A stretch of DNA of 64,000 bases from Lingula anatina (GCA_051362555.1 CM120643.1:9734001-9798000), one strand, 5' to 3'. Positions 15,201 to 30,903 are shown, counted from the stretch's first letter. The notes: generated from the letters alone by a model not told the origin. Translations and numbers: made by a program.

Positions 15201-18200
15201 AAGAAAGCCCGACTTTAACAATTTACTGATTACTGCATGTACACAATTATGAATCAAACGTGTTAGCAATGCCATGTACGATGTACTAATCTGATGAACA
15301 TTGCAATACTGTTGTAAAAAATGTATTGTGGGGTCAACTAAGATACAATATACATATTTTAGCACTACCAATGAGTTTAAACTTGCATTACAAAGAATGT
15401 CCATTAATTTTTAGCTATAAGTAATTATAATAGTTATTCATAGGTCTAACACTGCTTTAACAGTTTGGATACCTTATTTCTACAATGTTTACATGTGTAT
15501 CAGTTGATGATTTGTATTAAATATAAATTTGTCTTTGTTTATCACTTTGTCATTATATCAAAAGGGTCATTATGTTGGGATCCCAAATTTGTCTTTGGTT
15601 TGCACTGACAATCAAAGGTGAATTAATTTTAATAAAGTGTAATAATGACAAGATCAAACTGTCCTCTTTGGTTTAAATTGGACCAAGGTCATTACCTTTC
15701 ATTTCCCCTGTCGTGAACCTGTACAGCTCTAGGTCTGTCCAGTCCAGTCACATGGACAGTATACGTCCTGTTATCTCCACTGAGAGCCACGGACACTATA
15801 CTACCACCAGCAAACTCTGTCCAGTACAGCCGTCCACCTGACAGGGCCATACTGTCTATTATATGACCAGGGTTGTAGAACTGCTGGACATTGGTGCCAT
15901 CAATGTTGGCTTTGAAAATCACCTGCCTGGAATATAAATATATATAACAGTCCACGGATGTACTGGTATTGTACTCAGAAGGCAGTGTTCATGCATTCAT
16001 ATTCATATTCAGCAATTCCATTTCTAATTTTTGGCTGTTTTGGATAAAAGCACCCTACATTTTAAAATCCAGTTGTTACATTCATACTTAAAAACAGCTC
16101 TTATGAACATCTTATTCCTACTAGCTGAAAAACAAATCAGCTTAAAGGGGTAATAACTCTTCGTATGAGATCTATATTTCACAATAAAAACCTTGTGAAT
16201 AACTCATAGAAATAGAATATATTCTGTTTTACCACCAAAACATCAGTTATAGCTATTATTCTTATATCTGAGCTTGTCTTTAGACCACGTGACCTCCATT
16301 GATGTCTATACTCTGTTAAAATCTCTTAAGAGATTTTAACAAAAAACCAAACTTTTTAGAAAAAAACCAGGGACCAACTTTGAATGTAAAAATGGATTCA
16401 TTAACCATTGGAAAGTATGGGAAAATTGTTGTTTACTCCAGGAAAATTCATTTTTTGGCCGAAACGAAGAGTTATTATTGCTTTAATCAAATGTTGATTT
16501 TCATAGTGTACTAATAAGAAATAAGTAATTATTATAAATAGAAAATAGATTTTTTGGCCATGTTATAACTATGTGCATGACCATTCAGATTGGTAATGAG
16601 TAGAATCCAGAAAGCTGGTGATTATACAAGTATGCTGGAAACAAGAGGAGGCGTGTTAGACCCCATTTCCAGAGATTAGATCGATCTACTTTAGATCGAC
16701 CTAACTCCCTGGGGGTTCACACTAAATAGCTGTTAGCCGAGCGGACACGAAAGTTAATTACCCCTTTACAGCTTGTAGTAGGCGGGATGGAGATTTAAGC
16801 CGGATTATCTGACAGTAATCTAGTGAGACTCCCCACGGGGATAGATCGATCTAAAAGCTCTGGGAATAAAGCCATAGAGCACATTCAGGACAGATGACCC
16901 ATGGACTAACTGATCTACTGACTAAACAGTGTACATATGACCTACCTTACAGCTATGTAAAGAACCCACAAATTAACAAGAGAACTTTACCCTGTGGGTC
17001 AAAGGTTACAGACTCACCTGTTGACATCACTGAAATACATGGTCTTTGATGTGGAGTCATACACCAGAGCAGCGAAGTTGGAGTAAAAACTATTGCCCTG
17101 GATGACTGTCTGCACCCTGCGAGTCACAGGGTTAAGTGACACCAACTTGATACTGTTCATGTCAGCAAACAAGACAAAGTCTTCTGATGCTAGAAAAAAT
17201 AATTGTTAACATCTTCAAATTTGTAGAATGATTTCAAGATGAAAATAAAAAAAGAATTATGAAAAATGTTGGCTCTTGGATACAGCACTTCTTTTGAATT
17301 AAGGGAATGAGTCGAATATATGCATTAAAGGGAAATTCTATTTATTGTGGAGTATTTCATCTCAATAAAAAAACCCTTTACACTGGACGGCGTCCTTTGT
17401 GCAACCATGCATGAAACTGGCATCGCTGTGGTCATAGAAAGGAGGCACAAGCATCATTTTGGTTGCAGAATGAATGCTCAATGATCGGCCGGCTGTCAGC
17501 AAGTAAAGTATTTTCCATTTACTCTCAAACGGTGCCATACTATGTGAGGCAGAGCGGACCCCATCCAGTATAAAGGGGGCTTAATTTGCCATCAAATTAT
17601 TCAATTACTAAATTGATCGATTAAAATGAAGACCAATACCTGCACACTGTTTCCCATCTGACTGCAGCACTGTGTAATTGTAGCTGTTACATGAACACAC
17701 TGTGCTCTCTACAGCTGCCACAGGTTTGGGCAGACAGATTTCCTCACAGTCACTGTCTCTGCATGGCATTGTGGAGGGAGCTGAAATTATAAGCAACACA
17801 CACAAGCTATTATTGTTGATAATACTGGACTTGTTGCAGCAGAGTAAAATCTCATATAAACCTTTTACTGTTGTTAATCAAACTTATGAATAATTAACTC
17901 ATCCAAGGAGAGATGGGGGGGAGCAGCACAGCTAGGCCATATGGCAGGTGGGAAAGGGGGCAAATTTGCATATGATCACTGCATGAATTTACCTGAATAT
18001 GCTTTAAAATCTCACAACAGGTTTTTCAGTTATCAAACTATTCAAGGAGGTTGGAAGTTTTTAGTCTTATGTCACATACAGTAGAAACAAATAGGAAACA
18101 TACCTGCAGTGGGTACTGTCACTGACGTTACTAACAGCCCCATAATTTTGCCCAATCCAAAGAGCCGTGTAGCAGTTTCTGCAGTCTCATCATTGTAGGT

Positions 18201-21200
18201 GACCAGACTGCTGGTGCCCCAGTCGCTGATGTAGATAGTGCTGCCATCTTTTGCCAGACCAAATGGAACCTGTTCACACAGAAAATAATCACAATACCTT
18301 GTGAATCATGTGTTGCTGTGTGCATACTTTCATTGGAATGTTTTGAAGTCTACTTTTCATTGGAAAAGATTCGCGTGAGCATGGAAACCATGATATTTAG
18401 AACTCAATCTAAAAATATACCAATCAAAAGTAATAATTTTATCTGACAGAAAATACTGCATATTGCCAGTGAGTGTTTGTTGTGGATTTGCTCACTCACT
18501 TAATTCTTCACCTGTGCACCCTCCCAGAGGCTTGCTTGCTAGTACCTTTTCAGTCACTCATCCATGAAATAATATGCATATTCATAAGTATACCATTACC
18601 TTCAAATTGACATTTTTCCTGGAAGTTGTTTGAGTTCTGAGATCCACGGAGTGGAGACCAGCACTCAATGTGGAGTCCTTGTACTGGGAGTCTACATAGT
18701 ACAGGTGATTTCCTGGGAATATGGAAGCATATGCCAAGTGTCTGATTCAGTTTATGAACTAGGTACAGTAATGACTCAATATTTTCAATGGGGAAAAATA
18801 TATTTCATAGATATAATTTAGAATCACAGGAAAAAATATACATACACTTTATACAGGATTTGTGGTGCTTTCATTGTATCGAATGGAATTGTGAGGTGGC
18901 CTACTTTTCAGTATGTTGCCATGACACAATAGGCATGTTCTAGTTTTTAAACACTTATGACTATAAAATATATCTGTAGACTTTTTTATCTGTAAAATTT
19001 AGTATCATTAATTTTAAAATTAGGAGAACTGATTAAATCTTCACTCACCCTCTTTTAGAATACTGTTAGGGTTAGACACCTGATTGGTGCCAATCTTTTG
19101 AGGATTGCCTCCATCCAGGTCAGTTCTCATGATGGCGGCCCTGTCACCCCAGTCTGAGTAATACAGGTATCTAAGTGAGGAATCCAGACCCAAAGTTAAA
19201 TCATTAAATCAGTCAATACAAAACACAGGCCCACAGCCAGCTATTTCAAGAGGTATTTTTTTTAATTTGAAAAAGTGGACCTTTTACAATGAAAACTTTG
19301 TTTACCTAGATCAAATTTTACCTGGAATGGACCTTTTCCTGACAAAAAGGGTGTTTTTTTTTTTTTGCATAATCTACACCACCCCAAGTTTCTGTTCCAT
19401 ATTACATCTTACCTATTGACCTGGTCAATCCAGATAGCCCTTGGTTTCTGTGCCATGTTGACCTACCTGTTGACCTTATCAATCCAGATAGTCCTTGGTT
19501 TTCGTGCCATGTTGACCTACCTGTTGACCTGGTCAATCCAGATAGCCCTTGGTTTCTGTGCCACGTTGACCACTGTCTGTCTCTGGCCATTGTTCAGGTC
19601 AACCATCTCTATCCTATGCCAGCTGTACGCAGCACTGTCCACACTCACAATACCCATGTTGGAAAAATACAGTCTGTTCTCAGCGCTGTCATAGGCCAGG
19701 CCTGGCAAAATGAAGAGATAGAGTAATGAAATTCTGCTGAATCAATAACAATGCTAAAAAAATATCACAGTTCAAAACACCAAGCAGCGAAAAATTCACT
19801 CCCATCTCACTCTAATCTCTCACTTCTGTCCTATGTTCCAAAGCAGTAAAATTCCAATCAAACTTCACAGGTGCTAATAAGTTCGTGTAATTGGTTTAAT
19901 TAAATACTTGTGTACTTTACCAACTCAGATTCATTCAAACACAATTCAAACCATTGTGATTTATGAATTAAGGAACATCAATGTATGACCTTATAATTTT
20001 TACACTTTTCCAGAATAATTTTGGAATGTTCGAAATCGGTGGTGTCCATGTAACCTACTCAAAAGAGTGAAAAGGTGATGGGTGAGAGGTTTGTGATTGA
20101 ATGTGACACTGGTTATCAAGAGTTACACATAATCTATAGAAAATAATAGTATATGCTTCCCTCAAAACTATCATTAATCAAAACCAAACTTTATACGACC
20201 TATATCGATAAATCATGATTGAAGCAATATTTAAGTTTGCATAAGCCCTAGCCAGGTCAGTGTCTTGCTTACCCCAAAATGGTGCACATCACGCGAGTTT
20301 CTGCATTCACTGCCCTTATTGTAACAGTTGCTAATGTAACTGCATCAACTTTACAACATCATGGTGATGTCAATAATGATGTTTTAATGGAACTGGTTGA
20401 AAGACTAGACAGACAAGAACAAGAGATAGTTGCACTGAAGCAGGAAAACCAACAACTTAAGGTATTTTGCAGATATAATTATAGATGTCTCACAAGTTCT
20501 GTCTTGTCATTCCTACATGTACAGTCATGTAACTTTCAACAATTAAATCATACTTTATTATTTTTTGGTTAAAAAAACAACCTACCAATAAGTTATACAA
20601 TTTCCATATATGGCAAAATCAAACACCTTTTTATCATGAAATATTTCTTTCCTCCGTTTTTTAATTAGTCAGATATTCAGAAAAACAAGATGAAGCTTGA
20701 TGCACAAACTTTCACCACTGCCACGCATCATGGATTAAAGTATCGCCATGGTAACCATTTTATTACCAAGAGACAAGTGCAGCAAGGAAACTGTGAGTAA
20801 TCATTTGTTGGAGATCTTAATAACTGACATATCTTAACAACATTTTCCGATAAAATACATCATGAGCAAAGGTTTTCCCAGCGAACCATCCAGCCATCAT
20901 TAGGATGGCCCCTAGCATCAGCAAAAGACCTATATTTTCAAAGACACTATAAGGCTAATGGATTTTTTGGAAATATGATGGCTTTAGGCATACTTGCACT
21001 CCCTGAAATTTTGCAGGAAATTGCAGGTGGTAATTTTGGATGACCTGTACCCCCAATCCTGGGGAAAAGCCCTGATCGACAGGAAATATTGGCATTTGAT
21101 AATATCTTATTTGACAAAATATTTTTATTAGCCAAATTACAGTTAATAGCATCTGTGTTAAAAAGCAGCACTTCAAATTTTATAGCTGTGTCCTATATTT

Positions 21201-24200
21201 AAGTGGTGAGTTCAGGCTGTGTGCAAGGACCCCAGGGTCTACCAGGTAGAGATGGCAGGGATGGCAAAGACGGCAGAGATGGAATCCCGGTAACTTGACT
21301 TATTTTCATTATTGACAAAGTACATGAATGCCTTTTCAAAATAAATAATATTCCTTATTTAAAATTATATACAATAACTTATATCATAATAACTTGTATA
21401 TTATGATCTTGAATGAGTGGATGCCTTTTTTATATTCAGTGGAATTAAAATGGGAACCATGTACATGACTTGTATAACTTTGATACTGGAACTAAGGCTC
21501 CATTCAGAATAGGGAACCAACTAGTCCGAGGGTCAAACATGACCGACCCACTTGAACACTTCTCTATGGGAAATCTGTTCAGTGTCTAGGATTAGACAGG
21601 AAGCTTTGTAGTGGGTCACTATATTTGACCCTCGAACCAGTAAGTCCTCTATTCTGAAAGGGGCCTAACATTAACAACTGACAGACCTTATTGTCTCAAC
21701 CTGAGATCTTTGACTATGTATGTAAATGACCTGAATGGATTGGTCACTTGATTCAGTGTCATAGGGCTACCAAGAGAAAGGCCTCAGGTTGAGACTGCCA
21801 TGTCAGTCACTTGCCAATAAATGTAACTTTTGGGATTATGAAATTATATATATATCTGAAAGTTTGATTATTTTGCCCATTGAAAAGATTGGGTCATCAC
21901 TGTATTTTGTCATCTTTTTGACATGAAATATGTAGTGAAGTGAATTTGGGAGGGAGAGACTGGTGTCCATATAAAAACAAAACCCCATCTAGGAAACACT
22001 GGTTCCGCCCCTGTATTCTCATAGTGAGAAATGACAATCTATGTAATCTTCTCCAATTTATACTAGAAAACTGCTATTCACTATTTTTTAAATTCATATT
22101 TATGAAAATCAGATGATAATGCAATCTATATACTATGCAATATATATCTGATACCTATTTATGTATGGGTTTTACAATGCATCAACAAGTTTCCCTAAGA
22201 TAAACGTTCGAAACATCTTAACAAGAAATGCAAAATACTTAACTCACAGTTTATACTGTAGATACATGTATGTTATTTAAAATACAGTTAATACTTCACA
22301 TCTGTCAAATACAATAGTAAAATAGTATAATGTATATCTACAATAGTACAATGTATATCTATGTTCCTATGTGTGATAGGAATTTCAACATTGTTGTTTA
22401 ATTTTCTAAGGGACTGCCTGGACCTAAAGGGGACCCAGGATCTCTTACTTTGGATACCCTCAAACAAATGCTGGGACAAATTAGGGCTCAGAATGGTGTA
22501 CCAACTACAGGTATTTATTCTTTTTTTTTTAATTTGGGGAATTAACATGTAGTCTACATTCCTCTGCATTGGCTGCACTCCAAACTTAATTTTTTCCATT
22601 TCATTGAAGGTTGTACTCTTTAGTTACCAGACCATGGTTGTGACAAAGATTGCTATGCAACGTACTTTAAGTTTGATGTACGTCTGTCTTGAGAGTGTAC
22701 ATTTACATGTTATATATATGGTGTAACAGCATTCAATTTACCAGTTCTGGTGGGCAAGTGTATACAATACGGTTCTCTAGGTTTAATGCATTTGTCCAAG
22801 TCTACCAGCCAATACCAGCCATTGTGAGGCAGTGTATTCAATTTGGTTCTCTAGGTTAAATGTATGTTTTCAGGTCTCCCAGCCAATACCAGCCATGGTG
22901 GGGCAGCCTATTAAATTTGGTTCTCTAGGTTTAATGTATGTTTTCAGGTGTACCAGCCAATACCAGCCATTGTGAGGCAGTGTATTCAATTTGGTTCTCT
23001 AGGTTTAATGTATAAGTTTTCAGGTCTCCCAGCCAATACGAGCCATGGTGGGGCAGTTTACACACGTTGGGGCAGAACAACTTGTGCAGCACATTCAAAG
23101 CTTTTGTACAAAGGTAAAGTATTAGTACTTGTAATACATGCCTTTCCTAATCATATTTATTGAATATTAGCTTGAAACCTTGAATTTTTGGTCCATCATA
23201 TCAAATGGCATCTTAAGTAACAGATTTAAGTCTAAGGAGCAGATGACTAAAAGAAATTGAAATAAGGGGTGACACAGATAGCTAAAGGTATGATCCGCAT
23301 ATGAGAGAAATTCGAAGCTCAACAAGTAAAACTCCAAACACTCTCCCAAAGTAAGCCAGAACTCTTCAAAATCCAAAAAGAGCGTTGCATGTACTAGAGT
23401 CTATAAAAAATAGACAATGAACATCTGACTGACAGTTAGAAAGCTTAAATCATAGGAATCTTGAATCAATGTATTTAAATCTGTTTTTTATACATGTACA
23501 TCATTTAATCCATCTTCTGGAAGCAAGGCTTGTTAATTTCAATGTTTCCTGCTCTTCTTGTTTTACAAAATTGGCCAAAAATCAAGCTTTGCTTGTAATC
23601 ATAGTCACTTTTTTTTAAGAGGAAAGAGAGAAATGCTGGTTTGTGTGATTTGGGATTGCAAACAGCCTATCACTGGACAAAAGGAAGAATATCGATTTTT
23701 GATTCTCATAGACATCTGCTCTTAAAATGAATGAATATCTTCATTATTATTATCTACAGGGACGGTTGCTGGACCTGATCATGTCAAAACTGGAGGAGGC
23801 AGTAATTACCTGTGTTTACCACAGACACCAGAGTGGGGGAAATACCAAGATGGAGTGCAAGGTACTGGTTCTTACATACATGGCGTGGAATACCAAGATG
23901 TAACTGCAAACATATTTTCAACATCCAATACTGGAGGTCAGAATTTTCTTGACCATGATGCCCCCTGTGCTGTCTGCCACACCCAAACACGTCCCAGTCA
24001 TGTGATGATACCAGCCAAGAAGACATGTCCAGCTGGGTGGACAACAGAGTACAATGGACACCTGGTGGCAGATCATGAAAACTACCATGTAACAGAGTTT
24101 GTCTGCCTTGATGAAGCTCCAGAGGTGGTAGCTGGTGGCCATGAAAACAAAAATGGGGCCTTGTTCTACCTTGTTGAGGTTAAGTGTGGTTCCCTCCCCT

Positions 24201-27200
24201 GTCCACCATATGTGGATGGAAGAGAACTGACCTGTGTTGTCTGTACTAAATAGTGGCTCTCTGAACAAAGGGTGCACCAGTACATGAACATGAACTGATG
24301 CAGTAATCTGAATATTGAACAGGCATATAAAACAATGTTTGTCTTAAAAAGAAGAGTAACAGGCTCAGAAGAATAAGAAATCAAATTAAATAGTAAGCAC
24401 AATGTTACGGATATCTGGTCACAATGGTTGAGACAGTGATCAACTGACACATTCCATGCGGGAAAGCTGGAAGAAAAGTTGCCAAAAATGTCTTTGGTAA
24501 ATAAATTGTAATAGCATTTCAAAATAGCGCAATTAAACATTTCTTTGATTTTAACAGAAATCTGTCAATGGCCTGGTATAATAATTTTAATTTTTTTTTT
24601 CAAAATAATATTTTACCTATAACACACCATATCTAGGGCTCTATTCCCATAGGTTTTAGATCGATCTATCCCCGCGGGGAGTCTCACTAGATTACTTTCA
24701 GATAATCCGACTTAAATGTCCGTCCCGCCTACTACAAGCTGTAAGGAGGTAATTAACTTTCCTGTCCGCCCGGCTGACAGCTTTTTAGCGTGAACCCCCA
24801 GGGAGTTAGGTCGATCTAAAGTAGGTCGATCTAATCTATGGAAATGGGGTGTAGGAGACAAAATTCCCAATAATATACACAGCTTGCTGAAACAATATAT
24901 AACCATTAAGAAAATAAAATTTGAAAGAAAAAATTGTGAGAAATACAAAGTTAATAAATACAGGAATCAAATAAGAAATGATGAGTGCAAAAAGTTTTGG
25001 AGCTAAAACAAAAGAAGGCTGCAAAGCTGTCAAATGTATTGGCATAAAAGCAAAAATGATGCACATAATAAGTGATTACTCAATCTTTTCAATGGGGGAA
25101 AATTGTGAATTATAAAGATACTGATTTTTAAGTGATAATATCTAAATTAGCACATTGATATTGAGTGGTGGTAAAAAAATTAAAAGGCAGGTTCCTCAAA
25201 ATTTCTCTTGTATGCCTGCCATTCTTTGCTGGTGTTGCACTGCGGGGGGAGGGGGGGGGGCAAAACAAGAATTTAATTTAAATTTAGATAGTTTGTGCCA
25301 AATATATCTCCCAGTGTAGCGTGTCTTGGATTTGGTGGGTATAGCTGTTCAAGTCTCCTGTGGCATCTGCTGTTTCCCTTTTTATGAAATGATAAACTGT
25401 GATGGTGTAGCTATCACATTGCAAAATTATAGCTTCCCAGAAAAAGTTTGAAATCTTTGGTCAAATTCAACTAGCAAAGAATGACAGATGCAGTAAAAGC
25501 ACCAGAAATACTTAACAGAAAAAAGTAACTTTTGTGATTATGGAATAATGAATCTGCAAGTTTGATAATTTTTGCCAATTAAAAAATTGAGTCATAACCA
25601 AATTTTGCCAATTTGATGCAATATTACAAAATGCTCAACAGTATCACATGCCAATTTGCATTATATACAACAGTTAACATAGATAATCAAATGTGTGAAA
25701 AGCATTAAGCTTTTGTTTCATGGGATTTCAAAGCCACACATTGAAAATGCCCATGAGAATAAAATGAAAATTAAAAAAAATGCATTTTCTCCATGTGTCT
25801 GTACATATAAATGTATAAATGTAAACATTACCATCAACAATGCCTATGGAATGGGAAGAGTTGAGAATTTCTCTCCGAGCTCCTCCTTGGAGAGATGCAC
25901 TGTATATGGCTCTGTTGCTGACATCACTCCAGTAAACAATCTAAAGAAACGAACATTTATTTAGTTAGACATTTCAAACTATTTAAGAAATAATGAGACT
26001 CAGTACAAATTATATTTCTTCTGAATCAATGTTGAAACAAAAATAGAATCAGATCGCAATTATTCCTTTAAGTTAATTTGAATTCATTCAATTCAGCTGC
26101 CTATAAATATTCTAAATGTAAGCACCTGTCACTTGCAAAGTAAACATGTAATACTATATACACTGAGCAAAAATATAAATGCCGCATGTGAATTATTTAT
26201 GTATAAAAAATGTAATGGGTTACGGACAGTAATCTGTAGCACACAGAACAACAAAATTCACTTAGTATGATTTCTAAATTCAAACTGTTGAGGTTTATAT
26301 ATATTTTTAAAAAAATATATATATATAACCCAAAATGCTTATAAAGCTTTTAAACTATTGGCTGGGGCATTTATATTTTTGCATTTATCTTAATTACCTG
26401 TCTGGAAGCATCATAGGCCACAGCCACTGGCCTTGGACTGTGACCAATGGTGTAATGGTCAGGTGACCCAGTGGCTCCCTCTAAGTCAAGATAACCCACT
26501 TCCCCAACATCTGCGAGAGCAAACAGGAGGACTTTCTGTGGAGCTGGAATGAAAATAATACTATATCATGATAACCTAAATTGAAACTTCTTATGATTAG
26601 TCTGTGTGTATCTTTTGAAAACACATGACTTGGTGTTATGTTCAAAATGTGACCTTTGTGTTAATTGCAATTATATTAATGAACTATGTACCCTACCATG
26701 TAGTACATTCTGGATGTTTTGAATGCAAGCTATCTGTTTTCTTTTTTAGAACATTCAAGTAATAATTCTATTGTTCTTTTTTCTGTCATGAATCTGAGTT
26801 ACTTAGTAACCATTCCCAGACCCTATCAAACTGTGGATCGATCTATCTCAAAGGGATTTCTGGCTAAATTGCAATCAACATAAGCAGCTTAGATGTCTGC
26901 CACACCTACTGAAGCTGCTAGGGGGTAACTAATTATCATTTAGCGACTTCAGTAGAGCATCAATTTAAGTTGCTTCTTAAAATTAATATGTTTCAACTTC
27001 ACCTCAAATCAAGTGACAGCGTAAGATGAAACATTATACAGGCCTTACAAATGAATTAGGCTTTTACTATAACGCTACCCACACCACCAACACAATACTC
27101 TAGCACTAACATTTATCCAATTTGGTAGTGTTGGTTAATTCATGGGTTTTGTGGTTTATGCTTGTGTGTTAGTGCTAAAAGATCAGCGGGTAACGTTAGT

Positions 27201-30200
27201 AAATGCCTTATCCGTTTATAAGGCCTGATTATGGTATAACTGTGTACTTACTTCTGCAGCTCCTCCCATCCTGCCCCAGAGACAGTCCTCCATATGAACC
27301 ACATGAGCACCTATAGGTGTCAGCACCAGTGGGCAGACACAAGCCAGCACACTGCCCTCTGGCAGACGTCATACATGGGTTCTGTGCTGTATTTACTGTT
27401 ATAATGATTACATGGATGAGTTTGTAAATGATAGAATTCAGAAAACACACTATTTTATCAAATATATGAATGAATTTTTATCAGAAAAATCAAAATCACC
27501 AACAGATAAAATCTTAATGCTCGTCCGTGTACTGTATGAAACAAAATATTTTAGCATTCCATTGATAAAAAGAATGAAAACATAAACAAAAAAATTCAAA
27601 ATAACTCATGAAAACTGCTATAACTAGCTTTTTTTTATTTTTATTATTGCATTTTTGTCATGTAAAATAGAATGATCCTTAGCTTACCTGAAGGTTGGAA
27701 TGTGCTTGCCACACTAAATATAGCTGCATTGCCAGCTGCTACATTGGTCAAAGCTCTGCCCACTTGACCCTCCGTGGACACATTCATTACTTGACCACTG
27801 TACCATGAAGTGACATAGACAACTGGGTCAGTGTTAGATACAGCAACACCAAACAGTGGACCTGGACTGTCCATGCTGAAGTTGGCCACCATGTTAACAC
27901 TACTGCCATCTCTGTCACAGGAATTCAGTGTCTTGTTGGCTCCATCCACCCACAATAGTCTCCTGAATTATTATAGAAGTCAGATTTTGATATTATTTTA
28001 ACTTGGGTATACTGGGTGGCTAAAAAGTTTGATTTCTTCAACAGTAATGGGTATCGAAGATATTGCAGTGAAATTTGCATGGGATACTAGTAGTATTTAG
28101 GAAAATGATATATGTTTTAATAATTTATTTAATATTGTGTTTTATTGTCATGATGTGTTTTAGTTGTTTTTATCACTCTTTAAAAACTTACATGTAAAAT
28201 CCAACTTTTAGTAGCAAGAATAAACATTATAATAATTATGATTTTTTTAACAAATGCTGATTCATGACTCTACTCCTTTTTAATTTGGCACATCCAAAAA
28301 AATTAAAATCTTAAGACAAAAAAGTAACATTACAGAAACCAAATAAAAATTTATTTTTGTGTTGTTCATCTTCTTAAAATAAGAGCAATTACACATGAAA
28401 CCATTACCATATGAAAGTGCTTTAAACGCATCTTTTATAACAAAAATGTAACAGTTATACTAAAGGAAAGACTCATTTTCTTAAGTGGTCAGCATGGTAC
28501 TAGTATATGTACTGTACCTGTACTTACCCATCAGTGTAGTTAACGGTCAGTTGGTTAGGCCAGAAGAGGCCAGTCACTGGTAAAACTATACGTCCAGAGC
28601 CATCCAGTCTCGTTCTCTCCAATCTTCTGGTGCCTTGGTCACCCCAATATAAGTAGCTGTAATATCAAGGGGTGGTTCTTTTATTTATTTTCTATGTAAA
28701 TTTTAAAAGTTTTTTAAAATAAAAAATGACTCATGTGAGAAAAACAAATACAAACAGACTAAACAAAATACAAATCGGTAAAGAGATTATAAACTAATTT
28801 CAACTCTGTCTCCAAATTGCTATCTTAGGCTGACATTCAAAATGTCTAAAACAATGCATAATCTAAACATAACATAATACTCTGACATGTGCTACATAGT
28901 ATAAGACTGCGTTCCCATAAACCTATCGTACTAGCAGGATCAATCTTACTCCGAAGGAATTCTTGCTAAACTGCATTCAGTTTAAGCAGTTTAAAAGTCT
29001 GTCATGTCCACCGAAGATTGTAATGGGGGTAACTGAATGCATTTTAGTGAGAATCCCAACGGAGATAGATCGATCCAGCTAGTAAGATAGTGTTATGGGA
29101 ATGGTCCATAAGGTTATTTCAGTATAACCCAGTGTTTGGGAAAAAGAGCATATGCAGTGATAAGGGAATAATAGTAAGCTGATACCTTAAGTCAGCAACA
29201 CTACCACTGGCCCAAAGCCAAATGCCAGTAAAACTGAGGCTGTGCCAGTAAAATTGTGTAAATTTGTTCAGTTACTGCAGGTCACAACTTCTGCTTAGAG
29301 CATTGCAATTTCATTTGCCAGGGGGAAAAAGGGTGGGGGGGTGGAGCAAATGCAAGCATAAAAATAAGAAATCACATCAAGTCTACATACCAAAAAAAAA
29401 ACAAAATCTTGAGTGTGGCTCCCTCAAACCCCCTCCCTCCTATTAGGCATCTGCAAGCCATAGAGTACTACAGCATACCCACCTGGAAATGGGATCTGCA
29501 ACGATTCCTCTGGGTCTACTCAGCCCAGAGGAGATTAGAATTCTGCGATTTCTGCCATCATAGTCTGCCACTTCGATGGTTTTGCGGCCAGCATCGGTCC
29601 AGTAGATGTGATTGGTTGTCCAATCCACAGTCACCCCATTCACCTCAGCCACATCTGAGGAGGAAATATAGTATAATGGAACACTCAGGACCAAAGTTGA
29701 TCTGCAGATTGACTAACAGATCCCTGGATCCAATTTGGCTGGCCCACTTAAAAGTTTATTGCATAAACCTCGCTTGGGGAATCTTTCAGCTTTTATTAGG
29801 GGATTATCCGGCAAGCTTTCAAAGTTGGTTAGTCTGAAGATCAACTTTGGTTGTGAATATGGCCTAACAGTATAGGTTTATGAATCCTTTTGACATTCAA
29901 AGTTAGTCCCTGTTTTTTTGTTTTTTTTTTTACTGAAAAGTTAGGTTTTTACAAAAATTCTCTTAAGAGATTATTACAGAGTGTTGCCACCTGTGGAGGT
30001 CATGTCGTTCATTGGCAAGCATAGATTCCAGGATAACTATGATAACTGCCGTTTTGGTGATGAAATAGAATTATTATATATCTATGAGTTGTTTACAATG
30101 TATTAATATTGAAATATGGATCTCATATAAGAGTTGTTATCCCTTTAGGTATATTATCTTTTCCATGTTTTCTGAGTATATTCATTAATTCCACTTTTTA

Positions 30201-30852
30201 CCAAAGACAGGCAGGGAGAGAGATTGCACATCCTGGAGAAAAAATACTAGCTGTACTTATCTACCTCCTAGCACCCTTTTTTCTTATTTATTCATTTATT
30301 TTTTACGTGAAGACATAACCCAAGCAATGCCAGCTACATGTATATGTAAAAACATTAACCAAGTGTGCTCCCCACCCAAGTGAAATACATGTTCCACCAC
30401 ATTTGTGGGCATATGTTGGAAAACAAATTTAACAATTAATACAATAAAAGGAGCTGTCAGTTTTCAGATTATTATAAATACCTTAGTCATGTGTTCAGTT
30501 ATGTTACGTAATTGTTCAGTTGACACAGTCAATAAAAAACGGACATGTTTCGTTTGCCAGCTTCCTTGTGCAGTGTAATAAAACAATCAGCAGATAAGTC
30601 ATTTGGTAAAAAAAAACAATGAAAGCTGTCAGTTAACTAATTATTTATAGCTAAATCATGTGTTCACCACTGCTGCTAACTGCCGATAGTCATTATAACA
30701 GAAAGAAACTTTTTTGCTGGCCAACTTCCTTGTGCAGTTTAAAAAAGAAGCAGCACACATATGTCACTAAGTAAAGAAAATATATTATATGGAATGTTTT
30801 TAATTTCATGTTAGCATGAAGTCCTATCTCATGATGAAGCAAAATACAAAAA

Positions 30853-30903
<51 letters not shown>

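Noticed and set aside
19409-19570. Regular repeat that could be mistaken for a CRISPR array
   Set aside because: Eukaryotic context, no unique spacers; it is a duplicated exon end
23784-24540. Minus-strand ORFs overlapping the collagen last exon (similar shadows over NAT, dioxygenase and SLC5A7 exons)
   Set aside because: Antisense shadows of real coding exons
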